Assembly (NCBI GenBank): GCA_965205265.1
Contig: CBDBGH010000003.1
Span: forward strand, 224,001 to 288,000
Source: Alphaproteobacteria bacterium
Lineage (GTDB): Bacteria; Pseudomonadota; Alphaproteobacteria; Bin95
Reading direction: 5' to 3'
Length of the DNA stretch: 64,000 bases
Position 1 is the first letter of the stretch. Each line of letters opens with the position of its first letter. Shown piece after piece: positions 20,009-29,251 of this stretch. A program made the position numbers and the translations under genes. The notes beneath the pieces are model-generated. The model saw only the letters and a list, made by a program, of their open reading frames with translations. It did not search any database and was not told where the DNA came from.

Positions 20009-20980
20009 ATGCGCGCTGCTGTCTGCTCCGCCTGGGGCGAGGTCGAGAGCCTCGAAATCCGCGACCTGCCCGAGCCCCGGCCCGGCAAGGGCGAAGTCGC
20101 GATCCGGGTCGCGGCGGCGGGCGTCAATTTCGCCGATGCAATCATGATCGCCGGCAACTACCAGACCCGGCCGGCGCACCCCTTCGCGCCGGGGCTCGAG
20201 GTCGCGGGCGAGGTCGCGGCGCTCGGCCCCGGCTGCGAGCGACTGGCGGTCGGCGACCGGGTCATGGCGATCCTCTGGTGGGGCGGCTATGCGGAGACCG
20301 CCGTCGCGAAGGAGACGGAAGCCTTCCTCGTGCCCGACGGCATGTCGGACGCGGAGGCCGCCGCCTTCCCGACGGCCTGGGTCTCGTCCCATGTCGCGAT
20401 CCGCTGGCAGGCGGACCTCAAGGCGGGCGAGACCATGCTGGTGCTGGGCGCGGCCGGCGGCGTCGGGCTGGCGGCCATTGAATGCGGCAAGGCCATTGGC
20501 GCAAGGGTGATTGCGGCGGCGAGCAGCCCGGAGCGCCTCGCGCTCGCCGCCCGGCACGGCGCGGACGAGGGCATCGACTACAGCGCCGAAAGCCTGAAGG
20601 AGCGGGTCGCCGCGCTGACGGACGGGCGCGGTGTCGATGTGGTTTACGACCCGGTCGGCGGGCCGCTGTTCGACGAGGCGCTCTCCTCGCTCGCCTGGGG
20701 CGGGCGCATCCTGCTGATCGGCTTCGTGGCGGGCGTGCCGCGCATCCCGGCCAACCGCCTTCTGGTCAAGCACCGCTCGGCCATGGGCTCCTCCATGCGC
20801 TATTTCCGCCGCGAGCGCCCCGACCTGCTGCTGCGCAGCATGGACGAACTCGCTACCTGGTACCGCGAAGGAAGGGTCGCGCCCCGCGTGACCGAGACCT
20901 GGAGCCTGGAGGACGTGCCGAAAGCCATTCGCCGCCTGACGGAACGCCGGGCCACCGGCAAGGTGGTGGTGACGCTCTGA
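20009..20980 (+). CDS. NADPH:quinone oxidoreductase (MDR family)
   Basis: [36 protein letters not shown]. Confidence 0.9.
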   Translation: MRAAVCSAWGEVESLEIRDLPEPRPGKGEVAIRVAAAGVNFADAIMIAGNYQTRPAHPFAPGLEVAGEVAALGPGCERLAVGDRVMAILWWGGYAETAVAKETEAFLVPDGMSDAEAAAFPTAWVSSHVAIRWQADLKAGETMLVLGAAGGVGLAAIECGKAIGARVIAAASSPERLALAARHGADEGIDYSAESLKERVAALTDGRGVDVVYDPVGGPLFDEALSSLAWGGRILLIGFVAGVPRIPANRLLVKHRSAMGSSMRYFRRERPDLLLRSMDELATWYREGRVAPRVTETWSLEDVPKAIRRLTERRATGKVVVTL

Positions 20981-20991
20981 GGGGCGCTGCT

Positions 20992-23064
20992 TCAGTCGAT
21001 GGCGGCAGTCCGGACCCTGGCCGGGGCGCTTGCGGTGTCCGGGGGACCCTTCAGCCGGTAGCGGTAAACGACAGCGCTTTCCAGCACGCGCTGGATGTAG
21101 TTGCGGGTTTCGGCGAAGGGCACGAGCTCCATCCAGTCGATGGGATCGACCTCGCCGCGGCGCGGGTCGCCGAAGGTGGCGAGCCATTGCCGGACGCGGT
21201 TCGGTCCGGCGTTGTAGGCGGCGAGAGCGAGCGCCCGGTCGCCCTCGAAGGCCTCCAGCAGTTCGGCCAGATAGGCGCTGCCGAGCGCGATGTTGTAGCC
21301 CCGGTCCTCCCTGAGGCGGGAGCGGCTGTAGGCGAGGCCGAGCCTGCCGGACACCTCTCTTGCCGTGCCGGGCAGCAGCTGCATCAGCCCCACGGCGCCG
21401 GACCGGCTGCGCGCATGGGGGTCCATCTCGCTTTCCTGCCGCGCAAGGCCCAGCAGCAGGGCGAGCTCCGGCGGATCGGGCGCACGGGCGGTATCGGCCT
21501 TGCCGAAGGCCAGCGGATAGGCTTCGGCGATGAGCGGGACGCCGTTGCGCCAGGCCCGCTTCGCCGCGTTGACCGAGATATGCGGCGCCCCGTAGGCCAG
21601 CCCCAGGCGGCTGACCAGCAGATGCGCGCCGGGCGTCTGCGCGCTCCTGCTCAGATGGGTCACGAAGGTGCGCATGGTCTCGAAGTCGCCGGCTTCGCCC
21701 AGCAGGCGCGCTGCGCCAACGAGCGGATTTGCCTCGAAGCGCTCCCGCTCTTCCGGCGCGACGGCGGGCGCGCCGGCCGGGAAGCGGCGTCCGAGCGCGA
21801 GGGCCTTGCCGGCCAGTTGCCCGTAAAATGCCGTGGGATGGCCGGCCGCGCGCCGATACCACTCCGTTGCCCGGTCCCGGTCGCCGGCCGCCTCCGCGGC
21901 GCGGGCGGACCAGTAGGCGGCGCGGGCGCGGCTGATCGGGAAGCGCACCCGGTCGTACATGGCCTGGAAATGCTTCGCGGCATCGCCGGGCCGGTCCAGG
22001 AAGCGGAGCGCCAGCCAGCCCGCGAGCCACTCGGCCTCCGAGAACGGGCGGTTCGCGGTCTGCCCGTGCCGCGCGGCGATGGCGTAGGCCCGGCCGAACA
22101 GGCGGCGCTCTATCGCCTCGCGGATCTGGTAGCTCTGCTCGGGCCACCATTTGCCGGGGCGGACGAGCGCCGCCGGCCGGTCGAGGAGGAGTTCGCGCGC
22201 GCCCGCATGCTTGCCGGCGAGCCGGCGCCAGCGTATCCGCTCGAACGCGAGGCCCGGATGGCTGCGCAAGCGGTCCGGCACCTGCCGGATCGCCCAGTCC
22301 ACGCCGCGCCTGCGCTGCATCAGCCGGAGCCGCGCTTCTCCCAGCCGGCGCTCCGCCTTGCCGGCGCGGCGGAGCTGGCGGCGCGCGGCATCGGTGCGCC
22401 CGTCCCAGAGCAGCCGGTCGAGCCGGCGGTTATGGTCTTCTGCGCCGAGCGCGTTGCGGTGCCGCCCGATGAAGCGGCGCTCCAGGTCGCGGGGGAAATC
22501 GCCGTCGATCCAGGCTTCGCGCAGGAGCCGGATGCCGGCACCCGTTTCCCCGTCCGCGATCAGGGCCTCCGCCAGGCGCTGCCTGCCGGGGCCGGTGAGC
22601 GGCGGGAACCGGTCGAACCAGGCGCGCGCGGCGCGGTCCGGCCAGCTTTCCGGCATCGATTCCTCGGCCCGCCGGAGCAATGTCGCCCGGTCGGGCCAGT
22701 CCGGATGGGCGTTCAGGAACGCCTCGATTTCGGCGAAGGATATAACGGCTTCCGAGTCCCGGAGCCGCTGCCACTCGATCAGGGCCGCGGCCAGGGGATG
22801 TCCGGCCTGCCCGGCGCTCCGGGCTGCCTGCCGCCACTCGCCGCGCGCGGCGGCATCGAGCGCGGCGCGGAAGTGCCGCCATTGGGCATTGTCCAGAATG
22901 CCGTTCGCGACTTTCCGCGCCGCGTGGGCTTCGCTCGCTACGGGCGGCGGAGCGACCGGCGCAGCCGACGAGCAGGCGGCGACCGGCGCTAAGGCGCAGC
23001 CTGCCAGCGCTGCGACGGCCAAAATCCTGCGCAAGGCGGGGTGGCCCTCGATCCCGCGCGTCAC
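20992..23064 (-). CDS. slt: soluble lytic murein transglycosylase (Slt70-like)
   Basis: signal-like N terminus; [28 protein letters not shown]; GTG start overlapping the recR stop (start approximate). Confidence 0.88.
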   Translation of the reverse strand: MTRGIEGHPALRRILAVAALAGCALAPVAACSSAAPVAPPPVASEAHAARKVANGILDNAQWRHFRAALDAAARGEWRQAARSAGQAGHPLAAALIEWQRLRDSEAVISFAEIEAFLNAHPDWPDRATLLRRAEESMPESWPDRAARAWFDRFPPLTGPGRQRLAEALIADGETGAGIRLLREAWIDGDFPRDLERRFIGRHRNALGAEDHNRRLDRLLWDGRTDAARRQLRRAGKAERRLGEARLRLMQRRRGVDWAIRQVPDRLRSHPGLAFERIRWRRLAGKHAGARELLLDRPAALVRPGKWWPEQSYQIREAIERRLFGRAYAIAARHGQTANRPFSEAEWLAGWLALRFLDRPGDAAKHFQAMYDRVRFPISRARAAYWSARAAEAAGDRDRATEWYRRAAGHPTAFYGQLAGKALALGRRFPAGAPAVAPEERERFEANPLVGAARLLGEAGDFETMRTFVTHLSRSAQTPGAHLLVSRLGLAYGAPHISVNAAKRAWRNGVPLIAEAYPLAFGKADTARAPDPPELALLLGLARQESEMDPHARSRSGAVGLMQLLPGTAREVSGRLGLAYSRSRLREDRGYNIALGSAYLAELLEAFEGDRALALAAYNAGPNRVRQWLATFGDPRRGEVDPIDWMELVPFAETRNYIQRVLESAVVYRYRLKGPPDTASAPARVRTAAID

Positions 23065-23654
23065 AGCGGCCGGCGGGCGCGCAGCGCGGTGGTGAGCGTG
23101 CCGTCGTCCAGATAGTCCAGCGCGCCGCCGACCGGCACGCCATGGGCGAGGCTCGTGACGGACACGCCGCAGTCTCCGAGGCGCTCCGCCAGGTAATGCG
23201 CGGTGGTTTGCCCTTCCACGGTGGCGCCGGTCGCCAGCACGACCTCCGTAATGCCGGGGGCCTGCGCGCGCGCCACGAGCGCGGCGATGCCGAGCTCCTC
23301 CGGCCCGACGCCGTCGAGCGCGGAGAGCACGCCGCCCAGCACATGGTAGCGCCCGCGAAAGGCGCCCGTGCGCTCCAGCGCCCAGAGGTCGGACACATCC
23401 TCGACGACGCAGAGCGCGGCGGGGTCCCGCGACGGATCGGCGCAGACCCCGCAGGGATCGGTCGTGTCGAGATTGCGGCATTCGGAGCAGGCCGCAATCG
23501 ACTCCGACGCCGCTTCCAGCACGCGGGCGAGCGGCACCATCAGGCCTTCGCGCCGCTTGACGAGATGCAGCGCGGCGCGCCGGGCCGACCGGGGGCCGAG
23601 CCCCGGCAGGCGGGCGAGCAGACGGATCAGCGTCTCCAGGTCGCCGGGCGGCAT
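23061..23654 (-). CDS. recR: recombination mediator RecR
   Basis: [11 protein letters not shown] HhH, C4 zinc finger, [18 protein letters not shown]. Confidence 0.96.
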   Translation of the reverse strand: MPPGDLETLIRLLARLPGLGPRSARRAALHLVKRREGLMVPLARVLEAASESIAACSECRNLDTTDPCGVCADPSRDPAALCVVEDVSDLWALERTGAFRGRYHVLGGVLSALDGVGPEELGIAALVARAQAPGITEVVLATGATVEGQTTAHYLAERLGDCGVSVTSLAHGVPVGGALDYLDDGTLTTALRARRPL

Positions 23655-23655
23655 G

Positions 23656-23979
23656 TCAGAACGGCAAGCTGAAGCCGGGCGGCAGCTCCAGCCCTCCGGT
23701 CAATTTGCGCATTTCCTCCCGCGCATGCGCTTCGGCCTTGGCGCGCGCATCGTTGAAGCCGGCCGTAATCAGGTCTTCCATAACCTCGGCCTCGGCCGGG
23801 TCGATCAGGCTCGGGTCGATCCTGAGGCCGAGCAGCTCTCCCTTGGCGTTCATGCGCACCTCGACCATGCCGGCGGCGGCCCGCCCGACCACTTCATGGC
23901 CGGCCAGCGCGTCCTGCATCTCGGCCATTTTCTGCTGCATTTCCTGGGCCTGCTTCATCATGCTGGCGAGGTTCTTCAT
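23656..23979 (-). CDS. ybaB: YbaB/EbfC nucleoid-associated protein
   Basis: [25 protein letters not shown]; between dnaX and recR. Confidence 0.94.
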   Translation of the reverse strand: MKNLASMMKQAQEMQQKMAEMQDALAGHEVVGRAAAGMVEVRMNAKGELLGLRIDPSLIDPAEAEVMEDLITAGFNDARAKAEAHAREEMRKLTGGLELPPGFSLPF

Positions 23980-25697
23980 CGCTCGTCGTCCTGCTCCTCG
24001 GGAGGCTCCGCCAGCGCTTCGCCCGGCTGGATCGGGCGTATATCGGCGATGGCGGCATCGGGAAAGATCTCCAGCGTGCGTTGCGCGAGCGGGTGCTGCC
24101 GCGCGCGCTCGAACAGGTCGCGCCGGGCGTCCTCATGCTGTTCGGCAAGCGTGGCGCCGCCGCCTTCCTCGACCGCCGACACCGTCCAGGGCGCGCCCGT
24201 CCAGCGGGTGAGGCGCCTGGCGACCTCGGCGGCGAAGTCCGCCGGCGCCCGTTCGCCCAGCCTGAGCGCGATACGGCCCGGCTCGAAGGAAACGAGATGC
24301 ACGTCGCGGACCAGATGCGAATGGAGGCGCGGCTCGCGCCGCTCCTCGAACAGCGCCGCCACGGCGTCGAAATCCGCAAGCTCGAGCGTTTCCGCCGCCG
24401 CCGGAGGCGTCGGGGCTTCCGGGGCGGGTTCCGCGGCCGCGGCGTCCGCCATGTTTTCTTCGACGGGCGGCGGCGGACCGGCGGACGGCGCCGGCTCGGT
24501 CCGCGCCTGCGGAGGCGGCGCGGCCGGCGCGCCGGAGCGGAGTTCGGCTATCGCCTCGGCCGGCGTCGGCAGGCCGGCGGCATAGGCGATGCGCAGCAGC
24601 ACCATTTCGAAGGCCGGCTTGGCCGAGGGCGCGGCATTCACCTCCTGGATGCCCTTCAGCACAAGCTGCCAGACGCGGGTGAGCGCCGGCAGGGACAGCG
24701 CCTCGGCAAGCTTGCGTCCGCGCACCCGCTCGGCTTCCGGCAGCGCGGCGTCATCCGCCTCCGCCGGTACGACGCTCGCGCGGGTCAGCCGGTGCACCAG
24801 TTCCGCCATGTCCTGCAGCACGAGTCCCGGATCGGCGCCCGCCCGGTACATCTCGTCGAAGCGGGCGAGCGCGGCGGCCGGCTCGCCGCGCATCAGCGCC
24901 TCGAACAGGTCGTAAATGTCCAGCCGGTCGGCAAGGCCCAGCATCTCGTTCACGGCGTCGGCCGCAATCCTGCCGCCATCGGCCTCGGCGACCGCCTGGT
25001 CCAGCATGGAGAGGCCGTCGCGCACCGAGCCGTCGGCGGCCCGCGCGATCCGCGCCAGAGCCTCCGGTTCGATCTCCGCGCCTTCCTGCGCGACCACGCC
25101 CGCGAAATGCGCCTCCAGCATCTCGACCGGGACGCGGCGCAGGTCGAAACGCTGGCAGCGCGACAGCACCGTGACCGGCACCTTGCGGATCTCGGTCGTC
25201 GCGAAGACGAATTTCACATGCCCCGGCGGCTCCTCCAGCGTCTTCAGCAGCGCATTGAAGGCCTGGCGCGAGAGCATGTGGACCTCGTCCACGATATAGA
25301 CCTTGAAGCGCGCCGAGACCGGGCGGTAGCGCGCCGCCTCGATGATCTCGCGCACGTCGTCCACGCCGGTATGCGAGGCCGCGTCCATCTCGATGACATC
25401 GACATGGCGGTCGGCGGCAATCGCCGTGCAGGCCTCGCAGACGCCGCAGGGCTCCTCCGCCGGCCCGTCGCGGCTGCCGTCGGGGCCCAGGCAATTGAGC
25501 GCGCGGGCGAGGATGCGCGCCGTGGTTGTCTTGCCGACGCCGCGCACGCCCGTGAGCATGAAGGCATGCGCGATCCTGCCGGCCCGGATGGCATTGGTGA
25601 GAATGCGCACCAGCGCTTCCTGGCCGATGAGGTCGGCGAAGGCGGCGGGCCGGTATTTGCGGGCCAGCACCCGGTAGGCGGCGGCGGTCTCGCTCAT
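23976..25697 (-). CDS. dnaX: DNA polymerase III subunit gamma/tau
   Basis: YRVLARKYRP, GVRGVGKTT, DEVHMLS, NALLKTLEEPP, SRCQRF. Confidence 0.97.
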   Translation of the reverse strand: MSETAAAYRVLARKYRPAAFADLIGQEALVRILTNAIRAGRIAHAFMLTGVRGVGKTTTARILARALNCLGPDGSRDGPAEEPCGVCEACTAIAADRHVDVIEMDAASHTGVDDVREIIEAARYRPVSARFKVYIVDEVHMLSRQAFNALLKTLEEPPGHVKFVFATTEIRKVPVTVLSRCQRFDLRRVPVEMLEAHFAGVVAQEGAEIEPEALARIARAADGSVRDGLSMLDQAVAEADGGRIAADAVNEMLGLADRLDIYDLFEALMRGEPAAALARFDEMYRAGADPGLVLQDMAELVHRLTRASVVPAEADDAALPEAERVRGRKLAEALSLPALTRVWQLVLKGIQEVNAAPSAKPAFEMVLLRIAYAAGLPTPAEAIAELRSGAPAAPPPQARTEPAPSAGPPPPVEENMADAAAAEPAPEAPTPPAAAETLELADFDAVAALFEERREPRLHSHLVRDVHLVSFEPGRIALRLGERAPADFAAEVARRLTRWTGAPWTVSAVEEGGGATLAEQHEDARRDLFERARQHPLAQRTLEIFPDAAIADIRPIQPGEALAEPPEEQDDER

Positions 25698-25707
25698 CGC
25701 CGGCAGT

Positions 25708-25978
25708 CTAGCCCGGATTTCTCGGCAGGGTCATGGTCTGCGCGGCGCTGTCGGGCCGGCAGGGTAGGAGAGCTGTGCAGCGCGATGCGGGGCGTCGGGC
25801 AAGCGGCTCGACGCACCATGCCGGCCCGACAGCAACGCCCTCCGGGTCGCGCCCAGGCGCCCGCCCGCGGCGTCGCGGACCTCAACCGTAGCCCCGCTAC
25901 GCTTTTCGGCCCGCTCCTTGCGGATCGAACGCCTGGACAGCGACGCAGGCCGTGACCCTGCCGAGAAATCCGGGCCAG
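25708..25978. repeat. palindromic MITE-like / structured element, copy 1 (long form with 125-bp nested insert)
   Basis: perfect 23-bp terminal inverted repeat 25711-25733 / 25953-25975; CTAG at one end; core matches the reverse complement of 60966-61110. Confidence 0.8.
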
Positions 25979-26015
25979 CCCATCGGCCGGAACCGTTCGC
26001 GCAAAGCTCTGGGGA

Positions 26016-26117
26016 AAGCGGAGGCCGGCAGGCGACCCGGACCGGAAACTCGTTACGGCTGCTTCCTTCCGGACCTGACCGGGTTGGCGAGGGGTCCGCC
26101 CGCCGCCGGTCTCCGCT
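26016..26117 (-). ncRNA. ffs: signal recognition particle RNA (small bacterial 4.5S type)
   Basis: minus strand reads CCCGGTCAGGTCCGGAAGGAAGCAGCC (domain IV); ends pair (AGCGGAG..CTCCGCT); usual position upstream of dnaX. Confidence 0.93.
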
Positions 26118-26142
26118 GGCATCTATAGCAGCGCCCGGCCGC

Positions 26143-27021
26143 TCAGGCCAGCGAGAAGAAGGCTTCGAGGCGCGCCGCGGTCTCCGCCGGCATCTCCTCC
26201 GGGAGGAAGTGGCCGCAGGCGAGGCCCTCGCCCTCGACCCGGTCCGCCCAGAGGCGCCAGGTTTCGAGCACCGAGTCGCGCTTGTGCGGGCGCCCCTTCG
26301 CGCCCCAGAGCGCCAGCAGCGGCGCGGCGATGCGCCGGCCCGCCGCGCGGTCGGCGGCGTCGAGTTCGCAGTCGATGGTGGCCCCGGCGCGGTAGTCGTC
26401 GCAGGTGGCGCGGATCGTCTCGGGGTCGCGGAAGGCGGCCAGATAGTCCGCCATCGCCGCTTGCGTGAAGCAGTCGCTGCCCGACCAGCGCCCCGTCATG
26501 CTCTTCAGGAACCAGTCCGGGTCGCGCCCGATCATGGTCTCCGGAAAGGGCGCGGGCTGGGCGAGGAAAAACCAGTGGAAGGAATCCAGGCTGCCGCGCT
26601 GCCCCTGCCGCTCGAACTGCTCCAGCGTCGGCACGATGTCGAGCACGGCGATGCGGGCGACGCGCTCCGGATGGTCGAGCGCCAGGCGGTAGGCCACGCG
26701 CCCGCCCCGGTCGTGCCCCGCAAGGCAGAAGCGCTCATGGCCGAGGCGCTCCATGACGCGCACCATGTCCACCGCCATCGCCCGCTTGGAATAGGGCCGG
26801 TTCCCGGCGTCGTTCGCGGGCTTGCCGCTTCGCCCGTAGCCGCGCATGTCGGGGCAGACCACGGTGAAACGCGCCGCCAGCCGGGGCGCCACCTCATGCC
26901 AAATGACATGAGTCTGCGGATAGCCGTGCAGCAGGAGCACGGGCGGGCCGCTGCCGCCGACGCGCAGATGGATCGGGACCCCGTCGCCCTCGATCCGCCG
27001 CTCCTCGAAGCCTTCGAACAT
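26143..27021 (-). CDS. alpha/beta hydrolase, fluoroacetate/haloacetate dehalogenase-like
   Basis: LLHGYPQT, GHDRGGRV Asp nucleophile, FHWFF, CDDYRA, CGHFLPEE. Confidence 0.85.
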   Translation of the reverse strand: MFEGFEERRIEGDGVPIHLRVGGSGPPVLLLHGYPQTHVIWHEVAPRLAARFTVVCPDMRGYGRSGKPANDAGNRPYSKRAMAVDMVRVMERLGHERFCLAGHDRGGRVAYRLALDHPERVARIAVLDIVPTLEQFERQGQRGSLDSFHWFFLAQPAPFPETMIGRDPDWFLKSMTGRWSGSDCFTQAAMADYLAAFRDPETIRATCDDYRAGATIDCELDAADRAAGRRIAAPLLALWGAKGRPHKRDSVLETWRLWADRVEGEGLACGHFLPEEMPAETAARLEAFFSLA

Positions 27022-27049
27022 CAGGAAAAAGCCAATCGGATCAAGGGGA

Positions 27050-27126
27050 TGGTGGGTCCGACAAGACTTGAACTTGTGACCTCCGCCATGTCAAGACGGC
27101 GCTCTAACCAGCTGAGCTACGGACCC
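27050..27126 (-). tRNA. tRNA-Val (GAC)
   Basis: GGGTCCGTAGCTCAGCTGGTTAGAGC...CCGTC-TTGACAT-GGCGG...GTTCAAGTC...GGACCCACCA; 77 nt with encoded CCA. Confidence 0.96.
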
Positions 27127-27363
27127 CCGGAAGGCGCGCAACCTAGCCCTCCGCGCGGGCGCGCGCAAGCGGGCGGGGCGGCGCCGGCGGGCCGGGAAGG
27201 CTCGCGCCCCGGCCCACCGGCTCGGGACCCGCGTGTCATGATATGTCATGTTTTTGCCGGGCTCCGCCTCCGACGGCGCTCCTGTCGCGGCTCGCGGCGT
27301 GACGGCCGGCGGCGGGGCTGCTAATGAGACGGCCTCCTTTCCGACGAGTTGGAGACTCCCGAG

Positions 27364-28554
27364 ATGGCCGCGACGACCGGCATGCCGCTTTCGCGCTTCA
27401 GCGTCCTCGACCTCACCCGCGTGCGCGCCGGGCCGACCTGCGTGCGCCAGCTTGCCGACTGGGGCGCGGACGTCATCAAGATCGAGGCGCCGCCGGACCC
27501 GACTGCCGGCGAGGGGCTGGGCGGCCCGCGCGACGGCTTCGACTTCCAGAACCTGCACCGCAACAAGCGCTGCATGACGCTCGACCTCAAGTCCGACCGG
27601 GGCCGCGAGGCGTTCTTCCGGCTGGTCGAGCGCGCCGATGTCGTGGTCGAGAACTACCGCCCGGACGTGAAGCACCGGCTCGGCATCGATTACGAGGCGC
27701 TCTCGAAGGTCAATCCGCGCATCGTGCTGGGCTCGATTTCGGGCTTCGGGCAGGACGGGCCGACGGCGGCGCGGCCGGGCTTCGACCAGATCGCGCAGGG
27801 CATGGGCGGCGTCATGTGGATCACCGGCCATCCGGGCGGCGGGCCGGTGCGCGCCGGCATCCCGGTGGCGGACCTCTGCGCGGGCGTCTTCTGCGCCCAG
27901 GGCATCCTGGTGGCGCTGCTGGAGCGCGAGGTGTCGGGCCGCGGCCAGTGGGTCAGGACCTCGCTGCTGGAGGCGATGATCCAGATGCTCGACTTCCAGG
28001 CCGCGCGCTACCTCAAGGACGGCGAGGTGCCGAAGCAGGCCGGCAACGACCACCCGACCTCGATCCCGACCGGCGTGTTCGAGACCGCGGACGGCTATGT
28101 GAACATCGCCGCGGCCGGCGACCTGATCTGGAAGCGCTTCGCGGCGGCGCTCGGGGCGGAGCGGTGGCTGCAGAACCCCGACTACGCCACCGGCAAGGCG
28201 CGCTCCGACAACCGCGCCGCCCTGCATGAGGAGATCGCCGTCATCACCCGCCAGAAGACCTCCGCCGCATGGATCGAGGCGCTCAACGCCGCGGGCGTGC
28301 CCTGCGGGCCGATCTACCGCATGGACGAGATGTTCGCCGACCCGCAGGTGCGCCATGTGGAGATGGCGGTGCCGGTGGACCATCCGCGCCTCGGGACCTT
28401 CGAGATCGTCGGGCAGGCCGCGAAGCTCTCGCGCACCCCCTCCGCGATCCGCACCGCCACGCCCGAACTCGGCGAGCACAACGACGAAATCCTGGCCGAG
28501 CTCGGCTATTCCGAGGCCGAAATCGCCGGCATGCGCGCCGCCGGCGCGATCTGA
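27364..28554 (+). CDS. CaiB/BaiF class III CoA-transferase
   Basis: VLDLTRVRAGP, GADVIKIE, RNKR...LDLK, ENYRP, ISGFGQDGP, LGEHN. Confidence 0.92.
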   Translation: MAATTGMPLSRFSVLDLTRVRAGPTCVRQLADWGADVIKIEAPPDPTAGEGLGGPRDGFDFQNLHRNKRCMTLDLKSDRGREAFFRLVERADVVVENYRPDVKHRLGIDYEALSKVNPRIVLGSISGFGQDGPTAARPGFDQIAQGMGGVMWITGHPGGGPVRAGIPVADLCAGVFCAQGILVALLEREVSGRGQWVRTSLLEAMIQMLDFQAARYLKDGEVPKQAGNDHPTSIPTGVFETADGYVNIAAAGDLIWKRFAAALGAERWLQNPDYATGKARSDNRAALHEEIAVITRQKTSAAWIEALNAAGVPCGPIYRMDEMFADPQVRHVEMAVPVDHPRLGTFEIVGQAAKLSRTPSAIRTATPELGEHNDEILAELGYSEAEIAGMRAAGAI

Positions 28555-28777
28555 GGGAGCGGGGCCGCAAACTTCCGCCGCTCCGGCCTCCGTCCGTCCC
28601 CGCCGGATGTCATGCTTTGTCATGGTCCTCCCCGGCCGGCGTCATGAAATGTCATGTTTTGCATGCGCAGGGTTCATATGTTGCGGTCGGTTCGGGCATG
28701 ACGCCGTCCGGTTGTCGAGCTCCTCTACCGGCTCGGGGGCGGGCCGTCGCCTCGCGCGGCCGGGGCCAGGCCGCCTG

Positions 28778-28856
28778 AGGTCCCGGAACGGCGCTCCGCG
28801 CCGTCCGGGATGACACCGGGGGGTCAATCCTCGCCCCGGCCTCTGAGCCGGGGCCT
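28778..28856. repeat. CGTC-type REP-like palindromes (pair)
   Basis: AGGTCCCGGAACGGCG..CGCCGTCCGGGATGAC and CCTCGCCCCGGC..GCCGGGGCCT; the latter recurs at 29214-29241 and, inverted, at 33280-33306. Confidence 0.6.
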
Positions 28857-29107
28857 TGTGCGGCCGGCGCGGTTGCCGTCATCGTCTCTCCTTCCCCGAT
28901 CGGGAGCGGGTCCCTGATTCCCGCGCGTATCCTGCGCGGGCGCCTCTGCGCGCGCCGGCGCACGTTTCGCGGCGGCGCGGTTCGCGCGCCTGATTGCGCG
29001 CGCGAGGCAGAGGGCGCACCTCTCCCGTCGGCTTCTCACGGGTTTTCAAAAATCGGCGCTGCGCAGCACCCGGGGACGCGGCTCCGGAGTCCGCTTCCCT
29101 TGGAACC

Positions 29108-29134
29108 ATCATACCACACTCCGCCAGATGTCAA
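29108..29134 (-). promoter_or_regulatory. sigma70-like promoter firing leftward into a non-coding region
   Basis: TTGACA-15 nt-TATGAT with extended -10 TG and an AT-rich upstream tract; the spacer is short. Confidence 0.45.
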
Positions 29135-29251
29135 GACTAAAACATGAACAAAATTCATAAATATCGGAAATTGCTCATATTTCGCGCGGGGACCGGGCTT
29201 CCCCGCCCCAATATCCTCGCCCCGGCCTGCGAGCGGGGGCCCCGCGGCGCC

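Noticed and set aside
27050-27126. tRNA-Val as an integration site for a genomic island
   Set aside because: No integrase and no duplicated tRNA 3' end was seen in the window.
27091-28623. 510-aa antisense ORF with a GGAGG-ATG start opposite the CoA-transferase
   Set aside because: It is a shadow ORF that runs into the tRNA and has no domain signal; only the repeat motif at its start was kept as a finding.
28608-28656. TGTCAT repeats as Pho boxes
   Set aside because: The period is 10 bp rather than the 11 bp of PhoB boxes, and two of the three sit downstream of a gene.
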